Positions 38,505-49,175 of a DNA stretch of 64,000 nt are shown one piece after another. A program made the position numbers and the translations under genes. The notes beneath the pieces were generated by a model. That model ran no database searches, had not been told where the DNA came from, and saw nothing but the letters and a program-made list of their open reading frames with translations. Source of the DNA: Vicinamibacterales bacterium (lineage in GTDB: Bacteria > Acidobacteriota > Vicinamibacteria > Vicinamibacterales > SCN-69-37); assembly GCA_038319675.1 (NCBI GenBank), contig JBBQDM010000003.1, positions 201,997 to 265,996 on the forward strand. Reading direction: 5' to 3'. Positions within the stretch are counted from its first letter, which is position 1; every line of letters starts with the position of its first letter.

Positions 38505-39488
38505 TCAGAAGCGGATGCGCAGATCATCACCTTTTTCGGTGACATGGATCGTGTCGATGAAACGAATCTGATGTGGATTTGTCTGCATGACGATCGAGCT
38601 GGTGCGGGTGCCGTGGCCGAAGAAGCGCACGCCCTTCATCAACGTGCCGTCGGTGACGCCGGTGGCCGCGAAGGTAATCGAGTCGCCCGCCGCGAGATCT
38701 TCCGCGGAGTAAATGCGCCGGAAGTCTTCGATGCCCATCTTGCGGCAACGCTCTTCGTCTTCAGGCTTCTTGATGACAAGCCGTGCGTAAATTTCGCCGC
38801 CGAGACACCGCATGGCTGCGGCAGACAGCACCCCTTCGGGTGCCCCGCCGGTGCCCATCACGGCATGAATACCCGAGCCGTCCACGGCTGCCGCGATGCT
38901 GGCCGACAAGTCGCCGTCACCAATCAGTTTGATGCGTGCGCCTGCAGCACGAATGTCGGCGATCAGTTTTTCGTGGCGCGGACGGTCGAGCACGATGATG
39001 ACCAGGTCGTCCACGTCGCGATCGAGCGCTTTGGCGATGGACTTGAGGTTGTCCTTGACCGGCCGATCGAGGCTCACCGCGTGTTTGGAGCGCGGACCGA
39101 CGATCAGCTTCTCCATGTAGAGGTCCGGCGCGTGCAACATGCCGCCTTTGGGCGCGGCGGCGAGCACGGCAATGGCGTCTGGTTCCCCGAGCGCACACAG
39201 ATTGGTGCCTTCCAGCGGATCCACGGCAATGTCCACCTGCGGCAGTCCGGCGACGCCTGTCACGGCCCGACCGACCTTCTCGCCGATGTACAACATCGGC
39301 GCCTCATCCCGCTCACCTTCGCCGATCACAATCGTGCCGTCGATGTTCACGGTGTCGAGCACCTTGCGCATCGCCTCCACAGCGGCCATGTCGGAACCGT
39401 GGCGGTCACCCTGCCCCATCGTGTGGCCACAGGCAATGGCGGCCTGTTCGGCCACGCGGAGCATCTCGAGCGAAAGGTCAGTCGGCAT
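38505..39488 (-). CDS. glpX: fructose-1,6-bisphosphatase class II
   Basis: [32 protein letters not shown] motifs. Confidence 0.93.
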   Translation of the reverse strand: MPTDLSLEMLRVAEQAAIACGHTMGQGDRHGSDMAAVEAMRKVLDTVNIDGTIVIGEGERDEAPMLYIGEKVGRAVTGVAGLPQVDIAVDPLEGTNLCALGEPDAIAVLAAAPKGGMLHAPDLYMEKLIVGPRSKHAVSLDRPVKDNLKSIAKALDRDVDDLVIIVLDRPRHEKLIADIRAAGARIKLIGDGDLSASIAAAVDGSGIHAVMGTGGAPEGVLSAAAMRCLGGEIYARLVIKKPEDEERCRKMGIEDFRRIYSAEDLAAGDSITFAATGVTDGTLMKGVRFFGHGTRTSSIVMQTNPHQIRFIDTIHVTEKGDDLRIRF

Positions 39489-39511
39489 ATTGACTAAGGA
39501 TACCCCGGTCG

Positions 39512-40306
39512 TCAGGCCCGGGTCACAGAAACCGGTGCGCCCACCGCCACCCCGAGCACCTCAGCCGCACTGGCGGCATGGGACGCACACTCGAGGTGAT
39601 CGGTACTGCCATACAGGGCACAGACCTCCCCTGCCGAAATTTCAGAGAAGGTATTGACGAATCGGGCCACCGTGCCGCCGCCGATGCCGACCGACAGCGC
39701 CTCGCCCGTGGGACTGAGTCGCTCACAGAGCTTGCGATCGATGTTGGTCACCACGTTGCCGAACCTGTCGATCCGCACCACTTCCCCGCGAATCTCCGTG
39801 CCCTCAAACTCCGGCTGCACCAGCGAGAGCTGCACATAGTCCGTGACCGGGCGTCCCAGCGCTGACAGCTGAATACCTTTGGCCAACCAGGCCCCGGCGG
39901 GCGCAAACCTGTCGCGCCCCTCAAAGGTGCGACTCACGGTGGGCCGGGCGTACCGACGTTCGGTCAACTCGACCACTTTTTTTGGGGCCGTCTCCGCGAA
40001 CACCGACGTCAACACCCCGTTGTCGGGGGCCACGAACTTCCAGTCACCCACTTCAGCGGCGATGCCTCGACGCGCTGACCCGACACCAGGATCAACGACA
40101 ACGACGAAGATCGTGCCGGCGGGAAAATATTTGTACGTGGCTGCCAGTTCGAGCGAGGCGAACGGAATATCGTGGGCGGGCAGGTCGTGCGACAAATCCA
40201 CGAGCACGGCGTCTGGACAGATGCTGAGCGCGACGCCCTTCATCACCCCGGCGTAATGGTCGCGTGTGCCGAAATCACTCAGAAACGCGACAATGGGTTT
40301 GGCCAT
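39512..40306 (-). CDS. SAM hydrolase / SAM-dependent halogenase family protein (DUF62)
   Basis: [39 protein letters not shown] motifs. Confidence 0.88.
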   Translation of the reverse strand: MAKPIVAFLSDFGTRDHYAGVMKGVALSICPDAVLVDLSHDLPAHDIPFASLELAATYKYFPAGTIFVVVVDPGVGSARRGIAAEVGDWKFVAPDNGVLTSVFAETAPKKVVELTERRYARPTVSRTFEGRDRFAPAGAWLAKGIQLSALGRPVTDYVQLSLVQPEFEGTEIRGEVVRIDRFGNVVTNIDRKLCERLSPTGEALSVGIGGGTVARFVNTFSEISAGEVCALYGSTDHLECASHAASAAEVLGVAVGAPVSVTRA

Positions 40307-40339
40307 GCCTGCGACGATATCGCAGTTTGGACTCGCGAG

Positions 40340-40990
40340 TCAGGCGTCGAGGCGTCGAAAAAGGGTCTCGCGGGTGCTGCTCTTCAGCAACACGGACTCA
40401 GAGACGCTGAGACCTTCGAACATCTTCGTGATGTCGCGCGTGAGCAGCACCGTGCGTTTCACCGGTGTGGCGGGAGTGTGCTTCAAACGAAACCGGTCAT
40501 CGGCCTCGATCACATACCGCGTGTATTGGCGCAGTTCAATTGGCGTGGTGCCAAAAAACCCGTACACGGCCCCACCCGGACGCAGGACACGTGCGAGTTG
40601 CCCAGCCAGTTGTTTGCCGGTCTTGGGGTCGATGAAGTCGAACAGGTCCCAGCAGAGAATGCCGTCGAACATGTCGCTGGCGTGGCTCAATCGCGTGAGA
40701 AACGTCTCAGCGAGTCCATCGGTTGACCCCTTCTGTCGGGCCGCTTCCAGATCGAGATAGAGATTCTCGACGTAGAGCTTGCAGTCAAGTCGCTCGCCGA
40801 AATATTCGACGTTGGAGCCCACCACCGGACCGAGGTCAAGCAGGACGGGTCGCACCTGCTGCGCCTGCTGGGCGACGGCGGAGAGAAAGCGTGGAAACAC
40901 CTTCGACGTGGTCGTGACCTCGTCGACCGCCGCCGGAGACGGGATAACCGCCTCCGGCGCAGGTTTCTGGCTCCAGGAAAAAACGGCCAC
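40340..40990 (-). CDS. class I SAM-dependent methyltransferase
   Basis: VLLDLGPVVG (motif I-like), FDGILCWDLFDF, LRPGGAVYGFF. Confidence 0.7.
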   Translation of the reverse strand: MAVFSWSQKPAPEAVIPSPAAVDEVTTTSKVFPRFLSAVAQQAQQVRPVLLDLGPVVGSNVEYFGERLDCKLYVENLYLDLEAARQKGSTDGLAETFLTRLSHASDMFDGILCWDLFDFIDPKTGKQLAGQLARVLRPGGAVYGFFGTTPIELRQYTRYVIEADDRFRLKHTPATPVKRTVLLTRDITKMFEGLSVSESVLLKSSTRETLFRRLDA

Positions 40991-41008
40991 GAGCGCGTGG
41001 TCGTCCTT

Positions 41009-41506
41009 CTAACGTGCCACCGACGGCACCGGCGCAGGGGCCGGTTTGCTCTCGGGGGCGAGGGGTTTTACATCACCCGGTTTCGTACCGGCCTTCTGCA
41101 TGTCAATCGAGCCGCGGAAGTGTGCGCCTTCCGAGATGGCCACACGCGGCGCCACCACATCCCCGTCGACCGATCCCGACTCGCGCAGATCGACCTTTTC
41201 GGTAGCGGTGATGTTGCCGTGTACTTCGCCCTGCACGATGACGGACTTGGCAAACACCTGCGCCTTGATCTTGCCGTTGGGCCCGATCGTCAGCACGTTC
41301 TGCCGGAGCTCGATCTTGCCTTCGACTGTGCCCTCGATCGTCAGATCTTCGGACCCGCTCAGTTCACCTTTGATGATGACGCTTTTTCCGATGTTCACCA
41401 TGTCCCTCTCAGTTGTGCGCCCTGTCGTTGGTTCCGGCACGCTCGCTGGCGGGCTGCCGGGGGATGTCGCTGTCGGTGGCCGTACGGCCTCGTCTCGTTT
41501 CCACAT
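41009..41506 (-). CDS. bactofilin (polymer-forming cytoskeletal protein)
   Basis: Beta-helical repeat pattern: IIKGELSGSEDLTIEGTVEGKIEL..VIVQGEVHGNITA..GSVDGDVVAPRVAISEGAHFRGSIDM. Confidence 0.9.
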   Translation of the reverse strand: MWKRDEAVRPPTATSPGSPPASVPEPTTGRTTERDMVNIGKSVIIKGELSGSEDLTIEGTVEGKIELRQNVLTIGPNGKIKAQVFAKSVIVQGEVHGNITATEKVDLRESGSVDGDVVAPRVAISEGAHFRGSIDMQKAGTKPGDVKPLAPESKPAPAPVPSVAR

Positions 41507-41577
41507 TGTTCATGGCCTCCACCACATTGACCGCTCTGTGAGTTGGGGAGTCAGGTAGCCGGAAGTATAACGCGGGA

Positions 41578-42768
41578 GTGCTACGATGGAGCGACGCCGT
41601 GCGCATTTATCTTGATTACAACGCCACCGCACCGGTCGCGCCGGGTGTGGCCGACGCGGTGTGCCGCGTGCTCACCGACGAGCCGGGCAACCCCTCCTCG
41701 ATCCACGCCTTCGGCCAGCGCGCCAAAGCGAGGCTCGACGACACGCGTCACGCCGTCGCCGCCCTGATCGGGGCGGGCGCCGGGGAACTGGTGCTCACCG
41801 GCGGCGGCACCGACGCCATCAACCTCGCCCTGAGAGGCGCAGCCGAGGCCACCGAGCCCTCCGGCCGCCGTCATCTCATCGCCTCCGCCATCGAACACGA
41901 AGCCGTCCTCGCCACGTTCAAAGCCCTCGAACGGCGCGGGTGGACAACATCGCTCATCCCGGTGGATCGCTCGGGCCGGGTGTCCCCTGCCGACCTCGAT
42001 GCCGTGCTCACCGACGACACCGCGCTGGTGTCGGTCATGCACGCCAACAACGAGATCGGCACAATCCAGCCGGTGGCTGAACTGGCCGCGCTCGCCCGGG
42101 CGCGTGGTGCGTTGTTCCACTGTGATGCCGTCCAGAGCGCCGGCAAGATTCCCGTGGATGTCACAGCGCTCGGTGTGGACCTGCTTTCGATCTCGGGCCA
42201 CAAGTTCGGAGCGCCCAAGGGCACAGGCGCGTTGTGGGTGCGTCGCGGTGTGCGCCTCACGTCGCAGACCACCGGTGGTCGTCAGGAACGCGGTCGTCGT
42301 GCCGGCACAGAGAACACATCCGGCCTCGCGGGTCTTGGCGTCGCCGCACGGTATGCGCTCGACACAATGGCGGAGACCGGCCCACGCGTTGGCGCGTTGC
42401 GCGACCGTCTTGAAAGCGCGATTCTGCGCACGGTGTCAGGCACCAGCGTGAACGGCGATCCCGATCACCGTGTGCCGAACACGTCGAACATCAGCTTTGA
42501 TGGCATCGAGGCCGAGTCGCTGCTGATTGCGCTAGACCTGGAAGGCATCGCCATTTCCACGGGCTCCGCCTGTTCGTCGGGCACGCTCGAGCCTTCGCAT
42601 GTGCTCAAGGCGATGGGCCTGCCCACCGCACGCACACGCAACTCGTTGCGCTTCAGTCTCGGGCCTGCCACCACGGAAGACGAGATCGACACGGTGGCGG
42701 CAAAGATTCCCGCACTGGTGGAGAAACTGCGCCGACTCACCCGTCGCGTCGCCGAGGTGACGCGCTGA
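41578..42768 (+). CDS. cysteine desulfurase (IscS/NifS family)
   Basis: IYLDYNATAP, HANNEIGT, SGHKFGAPKGTGAL (PLP Lys), STGSACSSG active-site Cys loop. The exact start is uncertain. Confidence 0.9.
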   Translation: MLRWSDAVRIYLDYNATAPVAPGVADAVCRVLTDEPGNPSSIHAFGQRAKARLDDTRHAVAALIGAGAGELVLTGGGTDAINLALRGAAEATEPSGRRHLIASAIEHEAVLATFKALERRGWTTSLIPVDRSGRVSPADLDAVLTDDTALVSVMHANNEIGTIQPVAELAALARARGALFHCDAVQSAGKIPVDVTALGVDLLSISGHKFGAPKGTGALWVRRGVRLTSQTTGGRQERGRRAGTENTSGLAGLGVAARYALDTMAETGPRVGALRDRLESAILRTVSGTSVNGDPDHRVPNTSNISFDGIEAESLLIALDLEGIAISTGSACSSGTLEPSHVLKAMGLPTARTRNSLRFSLGPATTEDEIDTVAAKIPALVEKLRRLTRRVAEVTR

Positions 42769-43841
42769 TGCGTGTCGTCGTTGCGATGTCCGGCGGTGTG
42801 GACTCGTCGGTGGCGGCTGCGTTGATGGCTGAAGCCGGGCACGAGGTGATCGGGCTGTCGATGCAGCTCTACGATCAGCGTGAGACCGTGGATGGTGCGC
42901 CCGCGTTTGGCTCGTGCTGCAGTCTCGACGATCTGCACGACGCCCGACGAGTGGCCGCTCAAATCGGCATCCCCCACTACATCGTCAACTTCGAGCGCGA
43001 GTTCCAGGCCACCGTCGTCAACAACTTTGTGCAGGAGTACGCCGCGGGCCGGACGCCGATTCCGTGTGTGCACTGCAATGCCGACCTGAAGTTTGCGACC
43101 TTGGCCGAGCGCGCGAAGGGCCTTGATGCTGCGGCCGTGGCGACCGGTCACTACGCGCGTGTGCACTACGACGAAGACCTGCGCCGGTATCGGCTGCAGC
43201 GTGGCGTCGATCCGGGCAAGGACCAGTCGTATTTTCTTTTCACGCTCACACAGGACCAGCTCGCGCACGCGCTGTTTCCGGTCGGCCACCTCACCAAGCC
43301 CGAAGTGCGTGCCTATGCCGAGCGGCTCGGCCTGTCAGTGGCGGATAAACCCGACAGTCACGAAATCTGTTTTGTGCCTGATGGCAACACCGCGAAGTTT
43401 GTGGAGCGACAGCTCACCTCCGCCATGCCCGTCGGCGAGATCGTCAACAGCGACGGCAAGGTGCTGGGTGAACATCAGGGGCTTCATCACTTTACCGTCG
43501 GCCAGCGCAAAGGCCTCGGCCTCAGCACACCGAAACCGATGTACGTGCTCAAGCTGATGCCCGCTGAACAGCAGGTGGTCGTGGGTGCCCGCGAAGACCT
43601 CGGCGGCACCGTGCTCGACGCCACAGGAGTGAACTGGGTCTCGGGTGCTACGCCCGATGGCCCGACCCGCGTGACCGCCCGCATCCGGCATCGGCATCAG
43701 GACGCACCCGCCACCGTCGAATCCACCGGCGACGCCACCGCGCACCTCGTCTTCGACGAACCCCAGACCGCGATCACGCCTGGGCAGGCGGTCGTGTTTT
43801 ATCAGGGCGACGACGTCGTTGGGGGTGGGTGGATTCGCTGA
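42768..43841 (+). CDS. mnmA: tRNA 2-thiouridine(34) synthase
   Basis: VAMSGGVDSSVAA PP-loop, CVHCN, DQSYFL, and a typical C-terminus. Confidence 0.94.
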   Translation: MRVVVAMSGGVDSSVAAALMAEAGHEVIGLSMQLYDQRETVDGAPAFGSCCSLDDLHDARRVAAQIGIPHYIVNFEREFQATVVNNFVQEYAAGRTPIPCVHCNADLKFATLAERAKGLDAAAVATGHYARVHYDEDLRRYRLQRGVDPGKDQSYFLFTLTQDQLAHALFPVGHLTKPEVRAYAERLGLSVADKPDSHEICFVPDGNTAKFVERQLTSAMPVGEIVNSDGKVLGEHQGLHHFTVGQRKGLGLSTPKPMYVLKLMPAEQQVVVGAREDLGGTVLDATGVNWVSGATPDGPTRVTARIRHRHQDAPATVESTGDATAHLVFDEPQTAITPGQAVVFYQGDDVVGGGWIR

Positions 43842-43857
43842 GCGCAGCGACGCTGCG

Positions 43858-44781
43858 CTACCCTTCGGTGTGTTCGAGAAACCGCTCCGCATCAAGCGAT
43901 GCCATACACCCCGAGCCCGCGGCGGTGATCGCCTGGCGATAGACGTGATCCTGCACGTCGCCGCAGGCAAAGACGCCTTCCACACTGGTACGGGAGCCGT
44001 TGTGCGTGATGAGATAGCCGGTCGCGTCCATCTCGAGCTGCCCCGCGAATAGCACGGTGTTTGGTGTGTGGCCGATAGCCACAAACACGCCGTCAACTGG
44101 AATGGTCTTCTCAACACCGGTCAGCGTATTGCGAATGACGATGCCTGAGACGGCACCGGCCTCCGGATCGAGCATCCTCAGGACTTCGGCGTTCCACTCG
44201 AAGGTGATCTTCGGATTGGCCATCGCCTTGTCCTGCATGATCTTGGAGGCGCGCAGGGTGTCGCGCCGGTGAATGAGCGTCACCTGCGATGCAAACCGCG
44301 TCAGGAAGATCGCTTCTTCGAGCGCGGAATCGCCACCGCCGACGACGGCAATGGGTTTGCCGCGGAAGAAGAACCCGTCACACGTGGCACACGTCGAGAC
44401 GCCATGCCCCATCAACGCACGCTCACTCGGCAGCCCCAGCAGTTTGGCCGAGGCACCCGTCGCAATGATCAGGGTTTTGGTCGTGATTGTTTCTTCACCC
44501 ATCGTGATGCGAAACGGTCGCACCGACAGGTCCACCGCCGACACATGACCACGCACGATCTCGGCGCCGAAACGTTCGGCCTGTGTGCGCATCGCCGCCA
44601 TGAGGTCGGGCCCCATGATGCCGTCGGCAAACCCCGGAAAGTTTTCGACTGCGGTGGTCAGCATGAGCTGGCCACCGGCTTCGAGACCTTCGATCACCAG
44701 TGGTTTCAGGTTGGCACGCGCGGAGTACAACGCGGCAGTCAGTCCGGCAGGACCGGACCCGATAATCGTTACGTCACGCAC
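43858..44781 (-). CDS. trxB: thioredoxin-disulfide reductase
   Basis: [14 protein letters not shown] redox centre, [14 protein letters not shown]. Confidence 0.94.
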   Translation of the reverse strand: MRDVTIIGSGPAGLTAALYSARANLKPLVIEGLEAGGQLMLTTAVENFPGFADGIMGPDLMAAMRTQAERFGAEIVRGHVSAVDLSVRPFRITMGEETITTKTLIIATGASAKLLGLPSERALMGHGVSTCATCDGFFFRGKPIAVVGGGDSALEEAIFLTRFASQVTLIHRRDTLRASKIMQDKAMANPKITFEWNAEVLRMLDPEAGAVSGIVIRNTLTGVEKTIPVDGVFVAIGHTPNTVLFAGQLEMDATGYLITHNGSRTSVEGVFACGDVQDHVYRQAITAAGSGCMASLDAERFLEHTEG

Positions 44782-44789
44782 GGGAAACC

Positions 44790-45119
44790 TCAGAGGTGTT
44801 TGTCGATCGCCTTCTTGAACTCAGCCTTGTCGGCCATGCCGACAATCTGATCCACCACTTCGCCACCCTTGAAGACCATGACGGTGGGAATGCCGCGCAC
44901 CTGGTACTGCGTCGTCACTGTCGGATTTTCGTCGACGTTAAGCTTGCCGACCGACACCTTGCCCGCATATTCGCTGGCCAACGCGTCAATGGTCGGTCCG
45001 AGTGCGCGGCAGGGGCCACACCACTCCGCCCAGAAGTCCACCAGCACCGGTGTGCTCGACTTCAACACACTCTCGCTGAAATTGCCGTCCGTAAATGTTG
45101 CCACGTGCTCCGAAGCCAT
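44790..45119 (-). CDS. trxA: thioredoxin
   Basis: Start at ATG 45119 (MASEHV). WAEWCGPC active site. Confidence 0.93.
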   Translation of the reverse strand: MASEHVATFTDGNFSESVLKSSTPVLVDFWAEWCGPCRALGPTIDALASEYAGKVSVGKLNVDENPTVTTQYQVRGIPTVMVFKGGEVVDQIVGMADKAEFKKAIDKHL

Positions 45120-45144
45120 ATCCGTGTCGTCCTCTCTTGTCGTG

Positions 45145-46668
45145 CTACTCGTCGCCCCACCGGATGGCGGCCGCGTGACGAGCCCGTCGATACACTTTGA
45201 CATATTCGCGGGCCGACGTGCCCCACGAGTAATCCCCCGCCATCCCCCGCCGCATGAGGGCCTTCCACCTGTCGGGCTGCCGATATTGCCGCACCGCCTG
45301 CTTCAGCGCCTGCACCAGCGCCTCTGGCGTCGCCTCGCGAAACTTGAACCCGTTCGCCTTCTTCGCACGCGGCGTCCACGACTGCACGGTATCCTCAAGC
45401 CCGCCCACGGCCCGCACCACCGGCACGGTGCCATACCGCAGGCTGTACATCTGATTCAGCCCGCACGGCTCAAAACGTGACGGCATCAGAAACACATCCG
45501 ACCCGGCTTCCACCAGGTGCGCCAGGCCCTCATCAAATCCGATGAACACCGCTACCCGCGCCGGATGCGCCGCCGCCAGCGCCAACAACTGCGCCTCGTA
45601 CCGCGCATCGCCGCTGCCCACAAACACCCACGTCGCGTCGAGTTTCAACCACTCAGGCGCCGAGGCCAACACCAGGTCAATCCCCTTCTGGTCCACCAGT
45701 CGCGAGACCAACCCCACCACCGGCCGCCCCATCGCATCGTCGCCCACCGGCAACCCCATGCGTTGCAGCAGCGCACGTTTACACGTGCGTTTGCCGGAGA
45801 GGTCATCCGCCGTGTAGTGCGCCGGCAGATATGAGTCAGATGCCGGGTTCCACACAGAGGTGTCAATGCCGTTGAGAATCCCAACGTAGTCGTCGGCGCG
45901 TGACCGCAACACGCCGTCAAACCCGAAGCCATGCGCAGGCTGCACGGTTTCGAGGGCGTAGGTGGGGCTCACGGTGGTGATGACGTCGCTGTAGGCGAGG
46001 CCAGCCTTCAGAAAGCTGAACTGGCCCCAGAATTCGCCGGTGTCCATCGTGAACGCCTGCCACTCCAACCCCACGGTCGGCACGACGTCCTTAGGGAACG
46101 TGCCCTGATACGCAAGGTTGTGCACGGTATGCACAAGGCCCGCACGTGCCACACGGGGCCACCGTTCTGGCTGTGTTCGCAGCAGCGCCGGCACCAACCC
46201 GGCCTGCCAGTCGTGGGCATGCACGATGTCGATGCGCCCGGCGTCCGGCGACTCCTGCGCCCACGCGAGCGCCGCATGCGCGAGCCCGGCAAACCGCACG
46301 GCGTTGTCGGGATGGTCTGTGCCGTCCACGCCATACAACCCGTCGCGATCGAACCACTCAGGCACATCCACAAACACCGTGCGCCGACGAGGCGAATGGG
46401 TCACCACCAGCCACGTGCCAGACCACGTGCGGTCGCCAAATTCAAGTGTGAAGGGATGTGCGGTCGCGCCCTCGGGCTTCACCCCGCGATACCGGGGCAA
46501 CACGACGGTGACGGTGTGGCCAAGGGCCTCGAGGGCTTGTGGCAATGCCGCGGCCACGTCGGCAAGGCCGCCGGTTTTGGCCCAGGGGGCCACTTCAGAC
46601 GCGATATGAAGAATGGACAGCCGCGGAGTGCGGCCGGCTAACGGGGATCGTGTTCGGGGCGCCGGCAC
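45145..46668 (-). CDS. glgA: glycogen (starch) synthase
   Basis: SEVAPWAKTGGLADV (KTGGL motif), PSRFEPCGL, and a GT5 layout. Confidence 0.92.
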   Translation of the reverse strand: MPAPRTRSPLAGRTPRLSILHIASEVAPWAKTGGLADVAAALPQALEALGHTVTVVLPRYRGVKPEGATAHPFTLEFGDRTWSGTWLVVTHSPRRRTVFVDVPEWFDRDGLYGVDGTDHPDNAVRFAGLAHAALAWAQESPDAGRIDIVHAHDWQAGLVPALLRTQPERWPRVARAGLVHTVHNLAYQGTFPKDVVPTVGLEWQAFTMDTGEFWGQFSFLKAGLAYSDVITTVSPTYALETVQPAHGFGFDGVLRSRADDYVGILNGIDTSVWNPASDSYLPAHYTADDLSGKRTCKRALLQRMGLPVGDDAMGRPVVGLVSRLVDQKGIDLVLASAPEWLKLDATWVFVGSGDARYEAQLLALAAAHPARVAVFIGFDEGLAHLVEAGSDVFLMPSRFEPCGLNQMYSLRYGTVPVVRAVGGLEDTVQSWTPRAKKANGFKFREATPEALVQALKQAVRQYRQPDRWKALMRRGMAGDYSWGTSAREYVKVYRRARHAAAIRWGDE

Positions 46669-46680
46669 GTGGCCCGAGCC

Positions 46681-47592
46681 CTACCGGTGGATCGTTTCGT
46701 TGCTGCCGTCCAGACCACTTGTGCGTCCGACGACCCAGTTGAACAGGTGCCCCACTTCGGCAAACCGCAACGAGCTGTTCGCCGCACCGAGCACCACCAC
46801 GGCCACCTGGCTGCCCTCCGGAATCTGGAGGATCGTGGCCAGGCAATAACCCGCTTTGCGGATGAATCCTGTTTTGCCGCCCACCACATCCACGCCTGTG
46901 CCGAACAACGTGCGCAGCGTGCTGCGCACGGTGACCGCGCGCCGATTGGTGCGCACTTCGTAGGTGGCCTTGCGCATCACCTCGGCCAACTGGGGATCCG
47001 CGCTGGCGGTGGTGATCAGATGCGAGATGTCGTAGGCCGACGCCACGTTCCGGGCATCCAGGCCTGATGGATCATAAAACTCGGCGCTGGTCAGCCCCAT
47101 GAGTTTCGCCCGGGCATTCATCCGGCGAATAAACGCCGCCGATCCGCCTGGGGATGTGCGGGCCAACAGGCGTGCCGCGCCGTTGTCGGACGCAATCATC
47201 GTCAAATGCAGCGCATCGCGCAGACTGACCACTTCCCCTGAGCGCAGATACGTGACTGACGCGTTCCGAACGTCGGCGGTCGCCACCGTCAGCTTGCGGT
47301 TCAGGTCCGGCGCGTCGGCCAGAACGGTCAGGCCGGTCATCAGCTTGGTGAGGCTCGCAATCGGGCGCTGCTCATGAGAGTTCTCTTCCCACAACACCTC
47401 GTTGGTTTGCGGGTTAAACACAATGGCGGCGGCGGCGCGCACGTCGGGGATCACGTTCCCGAGCAGGTCCGTCTTGAATCTCGGTGCGGTCGTCTGGGCG
47501 ACGACGGATGCAGGGACCGAAACGACCATAACGGTCGAGAAGGCCACAGCCAGCACGAGGGATGATTTGTTCAGTCGGCCGAGTCCGTTCAC
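46681..47592 (-). CDS. D-alanyl-D-alanine carboxypeptidase (peptidase S11)
   Basis: Signal peptide, SLTK (SxxK), SDN, GGKTGF (KTG). Confidence 0.88.
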   Translation of the reverse strand: MNGLGRLNKSSLVLAVAFSTVMVVSVPASVVAQTTAPRFKTDLLGNVIPDVRAAAAIVFNPQTNEVLWEENSHEQRPIASLTKLMTGLTVLADAPDLNRKLTVATADVRNASVTYLRSGEVVSLRDALHLTMIASDNGAARLLARTSPGGSAAFIRRMNARAKLMGLTSAEFYDPSGLDARNVASAYDISHLITTASADPQLAEVMRKATYEVRTNRRAVTVRSTLRTLFGTGVDVVGGKTGFIRKAGYCLATILQIPEGSQVAVVVLGAANSSLRFAEVGHLFNWVVGRTSGLDGSNETIHR

Positions 47593-47696
47593 TACGTATT
47601 ACCTCCGGCGGCAAATTTTTCAGAACCCGGCGGATAGTACCACACGGCCTCCGCTATAGACTATCGGCAGCATAGCAGCCTCACCCCAGTGCCCTG

Positions 47697-48290
47697 ATGG
47701 ATCATTTTGCACACGCCCCGCCCGTCGGCTCCGCCGAGCCCCGACCTGCCCCGCTCAGGACAGAGGAATACGCGGCGCTCCGGGCAACGATCCGGGAGCG
47801 CGGCACCCGGCGGATGACGCTGGTTGTGGCCACAGTGGTCGCCTGGGCGAGCCTGGCGCTCGTGGCCGACATCTGGCTGGGCACCCCGGTATCGAGCCTT
47901 GTGCCGCTGCTGGTGCTTGTGGCCGGCTTTGAAGTCACGTTTGCGCTGCACGTGGGTGTGGAACGGGTCGGCCGTTACCTGCAAGTGCACTATGAGGGGA
48001 CTCCTGACGCCCCTGCCTGGGAACACACGGCGATGCGGTTCGGCACGGTGCCCACACCTGCAGCCGGACGGGTGGACCCATTGTTCTCGACGCTCTTTAT
48101 CTTCGCGACTGCACTCAACCTCGTGCCGGTTGTGCTCGCCACCGTGGGGCTGCCTGGCGGCCTGCTCGAACTTGGCGTCTTCGGCGTGCTGCATCTCGTC
48201 TTTGTCGTGCGCATTGCCCGCGCCCGTGCCTACGCCTCTCGCCAGCGGCAGCTCGACCTTGCGGCGCTCACCGATCACGCATCCGCATAG
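47697..48290 (+). CDS. hypothetical membrane protein
   Basis: Four hydrophobic segments and GC3-rich codons. No recognisable motif. Confidence 0.55.
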   Translation: MDHFAHAPPVGSAEPRPAPLRTEEYAALRATIRERGTRRMTLVVATVVAWASLALVADIWLGTPVSSLVPLLVLVAGFEVTFALHVGVERVGRYLQVHYEGTPDAPAWEHTAMRFGTVPTPAAGRVDPLFSTLFIFATALNLVPVVLATVGLPGGLLELGVFGVLHLVFVVRIARARAYASRQRQLDLAALTDHASA

Positions 48291-48336
48291 ATTTCCGAAG
48301 CGGGGCCGCTCCCTGTTCGCGGCAGCAGAGCCTTTT

Positions 48337-48677
48337 AACATGAAGGTCAGTGAAGGTCATGAAGGTCATGGAGAAATGCCTGTCACTGACCCGTGAGGGT
48401 TGGGGGCCAAGCGCAGCTTGGCCGTGCGGGTGGAGGGCGACCGGGAACGAATACACCGGGGCGCCTTCATGCGGTGCATTCGTTCCCGGTCGCCCTCCAC
48501 CCGCATCTCTGCCGCCTGTGGCGGCACCCAACCCGCTGTCCATCGTCATCCCCCAAGATCGGGATGTCTCTGCCCCCTTCACGACCATCACGACCTTCAT
48601 CGTCCTTCACGTCAAAGCTCTTGCCTTTCCTCCGACCGAGAGTGCCTTGCTCCATGGCCCTCCATGTTCTACATGGT
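48337..48677 (+). repeat. family-A structured intergenic element, copy 3 (longer, nested arms)
   Basis: Same box and core (48397-48534) as copy 1. Inner arms CATGAAGGTCAGTGAAGGTCATGAAGGTCATGG / CCTTCACGACCATCACGACCTTCATCGTCCTTCAC. Outer right arm CTCCATGGCCCTCCATGTTCTACATGGT. Confidence 0.88.
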
Positions 48678-48911
48678 GAAAAACAAGTTGCGACTTGGGC
48701 AAACAATCCAACCGATTGTTGTCAAGAATCCAACACTCGTCGCGAAAACGACACAGCCGTACGCGATCCTGTCGGCAGTTGTACTGCACGAACGGACGTG
48801 ATCGGCCGATTACTCACTGTAGAACCGACAGTGACGACCCGGCTGATGATTCTCGGAACGAATCTCCAGTCGGGCACGTCGCTTGCATAGAAGGTTTTGT
48901 GAAGGGGGGCC

Positions 48912-49124
48912 ATGTTAATGAGCCTGGTTCGTTTGTTGGGGTTCACCACGCTGACGTGTGGGTGTGTCACGGGGCGCTACCGCGAGGTTGGTAGCGAGCG
49001 CGAAATCACCTACATCGAGGAAAAAGGCACTGTGTGTGCCAGCTCGAGTCACGTGAGGAATCAGCCTGTGAGTGCCGGCCGCGTGGCGCACGGGTTTACA
49101 CCAACTGTGGCAGTACGCGCGTAA
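48912..49124 (+). CDS. small Cys/His-containing hypothetical protein (70 aa)
   Basis: AAGGGGGG RBS 2 nt before the ATG. Sequence ..GFTTLTCGCVTGRYREV..ITYIEEKGTVCASSSH.. Sits in a lower-GC patch 52 nt upstream of the DNA methyltransferase. Confidence 0.4.
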   Translation: MLMSLVRLLGFTTLTCGCVTGRYREVGSEREITYIEEKGTVCASSSHVRNQPVSAGRVAHGFTPTVAVRA

Positions 49125-49175
49125 ATTGTTCTATCAGGGGGTCTGTACTCGGGACCTCAAACGACCGAGAAGCCA

